From: an uncultured Methylomirabilota bacterium
GTDB lineage: Bacteria; Methylomirabilota; Methylomirabilia; Methylomirabilales; 2-02-FULL-66-22
Direction of reading: 5' to 3'
Length of the DNA: 64,000 nucleotides
Assembly (NCBI GenBank): GCA_963845565.1
Contig: CAWJSJ010000002.1
Coordinates: 1,824,001 to 1,888,000 of the forward strand
In this document: positions 58,778 to 64,000 of the stretch, one piece after another
Numbering within the stretch: position 1 is the stretch's first letter
Layout of the letters: the number at the start of each line of letters is the position of its first letter
The notes under the pieces: model-generated
What the model was told of the DNA's origin: nothing
Database searches by the model: none
Seen by the model: the letters and a program-made list of their open reading frames with translations, nothing else
Program-made: the position numbers and the translations under genes

Positions 58778-59578
58778 TCAACCGACCCTGACCGACCGCA
58801 TGGAGATCGCGCCCAGCGTCACCCGCTCTGCGAAGAAGTCGAGCGGGTCGTTCGGCTCCTGAAGGGCGAGCACGTAGAGGAGCGGCAGGAAGTGCTCGTT
58901 GGTCGGGACCGCCAGGCGAGCCGCCGCTCCAAGCTCCTCGTACCGAATGATGGCGTCGTGGTCTCCCGACAGGATCCGATTCTTCACGATCGCGTCGAAC
59001 TCGACCGCCCACTCGTGGACGGCGTCCCGCCAGACGATCCGCCCGAGGTTGTGGACGATGTTCCCGCTCCCCACGATCAAGATCCCCTGATTCCGCAGCT
59101 CGCTCAGGCGCCGACCCAGCGCGTAGTGGACGGCGGGTTCCTTGGTGCGGTCCAGGCTCATCTGGACGACCGGGATGTCGCCGCCCGGAAACATCCGGCA
59201 GAGGACCGACCACGTACCATGGTCAAGGCCCCACTCGTGATCCAGTCGTACCTCGGTCGGCCCCACGTGCTGCCGGACGAGCCGGGCGAGATCGGGCGAC
59301 CCGGGGGCGGGGTACCGCATGTCGTACAGCGGTTTGGGGAAACCGGAGAAGTCGTGGATCGTCTTCGGATGTGCCATCGCCGTCACGTACGGTCCCACGG
59401 TCTCCCAGTGGGCGGACACGCAGAGGATGGCCGTCGGTCTGGGCAGGGAAGCGCCCAGCTCACCCCAGGCGCGACTGAACTCGTTGTCCTCGATGGCGTT
59501 CATGGGGCTGCCATGCCCCACGAAGAGGACCGGCATCCGGGTCCCGGCATCTGCACGGGTCCGATCCGGGAGCGACAT
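58778..59578 (-). CDS. ygiD: 4,5-DOPA extradiol dioxygenase family
   Basis: GHGSPMNA, SAHW, TIHDF, GLDHGTW, GSGNIVHNL, EHFLPL. Confidence 0.9.
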   Translation of the reverse strand: MSLPDRTRADAGTRMPVLFVGHGSPMNAIEDNEFSRAWGELGASLPRPTAILCVSAHWETVGPYVTAMAHPKTIHDFSGFPKPLYDMRYPAPGSPDLARLVRQHVGPTEVRLDHEWGLDHGTWSVLCRMFPGGDIPVVQMSLDRTKEPAVHYALGRRLSELRNQGILIVGSGNIVHNLGRIVWRDAVHEWAVEFDAIVKNRILSGDHDAIIRYEELGAAARLAVPTNEHFLPLLYVLALQEPNDPLDFFAERVTLGAISMRSVRVG

Positions 59579-59623
59579 GCAGCCTCCTTCGTCTCTTTGA
59601 GAGCGCGGAGTTGAACAGTTACT

Positions 59624-59820
59624 CCAGCAGGTTGCCGAAAAGCCCGTTCCGCCCAAGCTGCTCAAAAAGGCCCCGATGCAAGGCGGATTGGCGTAGGCGG
59701 GGTACCCACCGAAAGGTGGGTCCAGACGTACTCACGGTACGCCGCAGCGAGTGCTCAAGCGGGCGGGGCACCCATCCGCAGGATGGGTCACCGCAGATGG
59801 GCCGTTTTCAGCAGCCTGCG
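59624..59820 (-). mobile_element. MITE-like repeat family A, copy 5
   Basis: caggctgctgaaaacggcccatctgcgg on the minus strand; provides the MaoC stop codon. Confidence 0.8.
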
Positions 59821-60266
59821 GGTCGGCGCCAGATCATCAGGGAGTGCTCTCCCTCTTGGACGACCTCGCCCCGCTGGTTGATCATCTGGACGCCCTCCCA
59901 GATGATCGCCCGGTCGGGCTTGGACTTGCTCTCCCGCATGTTGGTGATGCGGATCTTCAGGTGCACGGTGTCGCCCAGGAAGATGGGTCCGGTGAACTTC
60001 CACGTGTACTCCAGCGAGGCAACGTAGCGGGTCTCGGCGAACGCCGCGACGCGCTTCTTGAGACCCTCGATGATACACATCCCCAGCATGCCGTGGGCGA
60101 TGCGGGTCTTGTAGGCCGAGGACGTCCGGCACCAGGCTTCGCTGGTGTGGATCTCGTCGTAGTCGCCCGACAGCATGGCGAAGATGGTCACGTCGGCCTC
60201 GGTGATGGTGCGAGTGGGCGAGGTCCACTCCTGCCCGACCTGAAAATCCTCAAAATAGACGGCCAT
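59808..60266 (-). CDS. MaoC family dehydratase
   Basis: YFEDF, RTITEAD, SGD...IH, IAHG, GDT. Confidence 0.9.
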   Translation of the reverse strand: MAVYFEDFQVGQEWTSPTRTITEADVTIFAMLSGDYDEIHTSEAWCRTSSAYKTRIAHGMLGMCIIEGLKKRVAAFAETRYVASLEYTWKFTGPIFLGDTVHLKIRITNMRESKSKPDRAIIWEGVQMINQRGEVVQEGEHSLMIWRRPAGC

Positions 60267-60449
60267 GGCTTTCCTCCGTGCGGGGGACGATTGCGAGTTG
60301 CGATCGCGCGGACTCTAATGCCGTGGCCCCAGGATGTCAACGCTCGGATGGGTAAAGTGCTTGACGGCCGACGGCCAAATGCCGACAATGAACCTTCCAA
60401 GCGGGCGTGTGCCCGTTCACGCGAGGGATCGGTTCGGAGGAGCGACACG

Positions 60450-61217
60450 ATGACCGGAGCGGAGTTCAGCCTGGAAGGAAAGATCGCCTTGGTGACGGGG
60501 GCGGGGCGCGGCTTGGGCCGGGCCGGCGCGCTGGCGTTCGCCCGGGCCGGCGCCGACGTGGTGCTGGTCAGCCGGACCCGGAGCCAGCTGGAGGAGACCG
60601 CGGCGGCGGCGGAGCGGCTGGGCCGTAAGGCGCTGGTTGCCACCGCGGATGCGCGAAACCCGCAGGAGGTGGACGCGGCGATCCGCGCGGCCGTTCAGAC
60701 GTTCGGTCGGATTGACATCCTGTTCAACAACGCCGGGACCAACGTCCGGAAACCGGTCGTGGAGATGACCGACGAGGACTGGCACACCATCATCGAGACC
60801 AATGTGAAGGGGGTCTTCGTGGTGGCGCGGGCGGTAGCGCGCCAGATGATCGCGCAACAGGGTGGTTGCATCATCAACATGTCCTCGGCCTCGTCGGTGG
60901 TTCCCGAGCGCGACAAGGTGGTGTACGCCTCCAGCAAGGGGGCTGTCATGCAGTTCACCAAGGGGCTGGCGATGGAGTTGGCGGCGCACGGAATCCGCGT
61001 GAACGCCATCGCGCCCGGCTACATGATGACGCCCCTGGTGAAGGGCTACGTGGAGGGGGACGCGGAGCGACGCCAGCGGATCCTCTCCCGGATTCCGCTC
61101 GGCCGTGTCGGTCAGCCCGAGGAGATCGGAGGCGCCCTGGTCTTCTTGGCCTCGGGGGCTGCGAGCTACATCACCGGAGCCACCATCGCCATCGATGGCG
61201 GCTGGACGGCTTCGTAG
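60450..61217 (+). CDS. SDR oxidoreductase (KduD/gluconate-dehydrogenase-like)
   Basis: FSLEGK.ALVTGAGRGLG, NNAG, YASSK, DGGWTA. Confidence 0.9.
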   Translation: MTGAEFSLEGKIALVTGAGRGLGRAGALAFARAGADVVLVSRTRSQLEETAAAAERLGRKALVATADARNPQEVDAAIRAAVQTFGRIDILFNNAGTNVRKPVVEMTDEDWHTIIETNVKGVFVVARAVARQMIAQQGGCIINMSSASSVVPERDKVVYASSKGAVMQFTKGLAMELAAHGIRVNAIAPGYMMTPLVKGYVEGDAERRQRILSRIPLGRVGQPEEIGGALVFLASGAASYITGATIAIDGGWTAS

Positions 61218-61330
61218 GGCTGCCGGCGTCCTCGCCCGGCGAACTCTCCTTCGCCGGACGGAGTGTCGTGACGTCGTGCGCGGGCAGCGTTCGGAGGCCC
61301 ACCCATTCAGCGGAAGGCTGAAGAGCCACC

Positions 61331-62221
61331 ATGCACATTCGAGACCTGTTGAGCCAACGCCGCCCCTGCTTCAGTTTCGAGTTTTTTCCGCCGCGCACGC
61401 GGGAGGGTGCGGAGCAGCTTTACCGGACCATGGAGGATCTGGCTCCTCTGCAGCCGTCCTATGTGAGCGTGACCTACGGGGCGGGGGGGTCCACGCGGGA
61501 GCTGACCCACGGTCTCATCATCCGGATCCGTGAGCACACCAAGCTGACCGTCGTCTCCCACATGACGTGTGTGGGCGCGTCCCGGGCGGAGATCGGAGAG
61601 ATTCTGCAGGATTATCACCAGCATGGCATCGTGAATATCATGGCGCTCCGGGGGGATCCGCCGCAAGGCGAGACGGCCTTCCGGCAGCCCGAGGGCGGCT
61701 TCGCGCATGCGGCCGACCTGGTGGCCTTCATCCGGATGCGCTTCCCCGGGATGGGCATCGGCGTGGCGGGGTTCCCCGAGGGCCACCCGGAGACGCCGAA
61801 CCGGCTGACGGAGATGGACTACCTGAAGGCGAAAGTGGACGCCGGCGCGGACTACGTGTGCACCCAGCTCTTCTTCGACAACCGCGACTTCTACGATTTC
61901 TGCGAGCGCTGCGAGATTGCCCGGATCGGCGTGCCGATCATCGCCGGCATCATGCCGGTGACCTCCTTGAAGGGTATGCAGCGGATGGCGGAACTGGCGC
62001 TCGGCGCGCGTTTCCCCGCCCGGTTGATCAAATCGCTCGTGCGCGCCAAGGACGATGAGTACGTCGAGCGGGTCGGCACGCATTGGGCCACCGAGCAGGT
62101 ACGCGATCTCATCGATCACGGCGTGAAGGGCGTGCATTTTTACACGCTGAATCGGTCCAAGGCCACCCTGCAGATCTACGAGACGCTCGGCCTCAAGAAC
62201 GCGTCGCTCCCAATCAACTAG
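61331..62221 (+). CDS. metF: 5,10-methylenetetrahydrofolate reductase
   Basis: SFEFFPP, VSVTYGAGG, ALRGD, PEGH, TQLFF, HFYTLN. Confidence 0.95.
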   Translation: MHIRDLLSQRRPCFSFEFFPPRTREGAEQLYRTMEDLAPLQPSYVSVTYGAGGSTRELTHGLIIRIREHTKLTVVSHMTCVGASRAEIGEILQDYHQHGIVNIMALRGDPPQGETAFRQPEGGFAHAADLVAFIRMRFPGMGIGVAGFPEGHPETPNRLTEMDYLKAKVDAGADYVCTQLFFDNRDFYDFCERCEIARIGVPIIAGIMPVTSLKGMQRMAELALGARFPARLIKSLVRAKDDEYVERVGTHWATEQVRDLIDHGVKGVHFYTLNRSKATLQIYETLGLKNASLPIN

Positions 62222-62270
62222 CCATGCCCCGCCGTATCGTCACGCGCTCCGCTGTGCGCTGGAGAAGGAC

Positions 62271-63449
62271 ATGACCGATCCGCAAGGCCCGTGGGTTGCC
62301 CCGGTAGAGGTCCGCGAGCGCGTGTCGAGGCTGCTCTGCGACCTGGTCGCCATTCCGTCGCATGGGGGCCAGGAGGGGGCGATCATCCAGTACCTGATGG
62401 AGCGGTTCGCCCGGCAAGACATTCCTTGCCGGGTCACCGCGGTGGACGGAAAACCGCTCAACGTGGTGGCGGAAATCGGCCAGGGGCCGCGGACGTTCCT
62501 GCTGAACAGCCACGTGGACACGGTCCCGCCAGGGGACCCGGCGCTGTGGGCCACCGATCCGCTGATTCCCGTCGAAAAAAATGGCAGGATATACGGCCGG
62601 GGCGCGGAAGACGCCAAGGGCTGCCTGGCCTCGATGATCGTCGCGTTCGAGAGGTTGGCGATGCGGCGCGACGCCTTACCCGCCCGGGTGGTGCTGATGG
62701 CGGTGGGGGCCGAGGAGCGGGGCGGGCTCGGCACGCAGGCAGAGATGGCGAAGGGGTTCACGGCCGACGCGGCGATCATCGGGGAGTCCACGCACCTGGT
62801 CCCGATGCTGGCGCATAAAGGGGTCCTGCGTCTGGAGATCGAGGTGGCCGGCAGGGCCGCCCACGCCAGCGACCCGGACGCCGGGATCAACGCCATCGTG
62901 GCCGTGGCGCCGATCGTGTCTGCCCTGGACCAGTTGGCCGCTGCGGTGCGACGGCGGACCGATCCCTTCGTCGGGAAGGCCAGCCTGGTGATCTCGACCA
63001 TCGCGGGCGGCGTGGCGCTGAACGTCATCCCGGCGCAATGCGTGATCACTATCGATCGGCGCGTGTTGCCGCAGGAGACTGAGGCGGACGTGTTGGGCGA
63101 GATTGTGGCTGTCGTGAATCAGGCGTTGCCCGCGGCGTCGGGGGCGACGGCGGCGATTCGTAGGGTCCGGTTCGTCCCCCCGTCCTCCACCGATCCGGGC
63201 GCGGCCATCGTGAGAGCGGCCGAAGAGGCGGCGGCGCGCATTCTCGGCCGCCCCGCGCCCGCGCAGGGCTTCACCGCCACCTGCGACATGACGTACCTCG
63301 TGAATCAGGGAAAGATCCCCACCGTCATCCTGGGGCCGGGGAGCATCGAGGTGGCTCACCAGGCCAACGAGTACGTCCCCGTGGACCAGCTGGCTCTCGC
63401 GGTCGAGGTCTATCTGGGGACGCTGGACGCGTGGCTGACGAGCACGTGA
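62271..63449 (+). CDS. M20 family (ArgE/DapE-like) metallohydrolase
   Basis: SHVDTV, GRGAEDAKG, EE, AH..NE. Confidence 0.9.
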   Translation: MTDPQGPWVAPVEVRERVSRLLCDLVAIPSHGGQEGAIIQYLMERFARQDIPCRVTAVDGKPLNVVAEIGQGPRTFLLNSHVDTVPPGDPALWATDPLIPVEKNGRIYGRGAEDAKGCLASMIVAFERLAMRRDALPARVVLMAVGAEERGGLGTQAEMAKGFTADAAIIGESTHLVPMLAHKGVLRLEIEVAGRAAHASDPDAGINAIVAVAPIVSALDQLAAAVRRRTDPFVGKASLVISTIAGGVALNVIPAQCVITIDRRVLPQETEADVLGEIVAVVNQALPAASGATAAIRRVRFVPPSSTDPGAAIVRAAEEAAARILGRPAPAQGFTATCDMTYLVNQGKIPTVILGPGSIEVAHQANEYVPVDQLALAVEVYLGTLDAWLTST

Positions 63450-63592
63450 GGATTTCGGCGAGGGCTGTCCGCCGAGCAGGCCCCCCCGGAAGGAATTGCG
63501 CTTGACACGCAGGTGCTGGCTGAGTTATCCCCAAAGCGCGTTGGTCGGCAGGCCGGCGGCGAGGCCGAGGCGGATCGACGAAGGAGGCCACA

Positions 63593-64000
63593 ATGGCGGT
63601 GGACGGGACATACGTAGCCGGTCAGAAGTGGTGGGGGATTCTGCCCGCCTTCGATCCGGATGCCGGCAACGTGGTGGCCGAGCCGCCCGGGGCCGGTTAT
63701 GGTTTCTGGGCCGGCGCCCCGAGTGCCGTCTTTGATCCGGGCTCGGGCCTATTCTGCTGTTATCACCGACTGCGTTGGCCGCTCGGGGACAAGCGAGGCG
63801 GGGTCTGCCGGGTGGTCGTAAGCCCCGATCCGTCGGCGCCGCCGGCCGGATGGCGCACGGCCTGGGAGGCCACCCGAGAGCAATTCGGGGCCAACTCCAT
63901 CGAGCGGGCCGGCCTGATTCGTGACCCGTTCTCCCAGGAGTGGCGGCTGTACATCTGCTCCGAGACGGCGCAGTCCTACGACCGCAACCCGGCCACCTGG
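63593..64000 (+). CDS. Hypothetical protein, possibly glycoside-hydrolase-like beta-propeller (runs off window)
   Basis: AAGGAGG RBS; open frame with WAGAPSA, RLR.P, SIER, WRLY. Confidence 0.65.
   Translation, partial: MAVDGTYVAGQKWWGILPAFDPDAGNVVAEPPGAGYGFWAGAPSAVFDPGSGLFCCYHRLRWPLGDKRGGVCRVVVSPDPSAPPAGWRTAWEATREQFGANSIERAGLIRDPFSQEWRLYICSETAQSYDRNPATW

Noticed and set aside
61218..61330. Possible SAM/SAH/ZTP riboswitch upstream of metF
   Set aside because: Only two simple hairpins (61236-61257 and ttcagc-ggaag-gctgaa); no aptamer consensus recognised. An Rfam scan would settle it.

Overview
GC-rich bacterial chromosomal segment from a diderm (an LpxA homolog and many lipoproteins are present). 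No tRNA, rRNA, CRISPR array or intact transposase/integrase was seen. (1) 1-5.7 kb is a mosaic of short exported/lipoprotein genes and gene fragments, with two decayed copies of the 3' end of an HNH-type nuclease gene. (2) 5.9-11.7 kb holds uxaE-family epimerase, EamA and MFS transporters, a RHH/MazF toxin-antitoxin pair and an orphan kinase-fold protein. (3) 12-22.9 kb is a minus-strand sugar catabolic operon: three tandem solute-binding paralogs, two permeases, SDR, an in-frame PfkB+Zn-dehydrogenase ORF and a FGGY kinase. (4) 23.1-29.6 kb is a signalling block: ECF sigma/anti-sigma, HAD, PP2C, a double-FHA protein and ComB. (5) 29.9-45.7 kb is a GntR-headed catabolic island with TTT and TRAP transporters, two TIM-barrel isomerases, dehydrogenases, and a full-length plus a split transketolase that both carry non-canonical active-site residues. 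(6) 45.8-64 kb has a divergent thymidylate synthase, an orphan lpxA, an Afu/Fbp-type ABC system, M48 protease, ligA, idnD, ygiD, metF and an M20 hydrolase. At least four families of small non-autonomous repeats sit at gene ends. The best candidates for new biology are the two-transketolase island, the HNH-remnant/lipoprotein cassette region, the orphan kinase-like protein and the stop-codon-associated miniature elements. All functional calls come from motif recognition by eye; no database searches were run.
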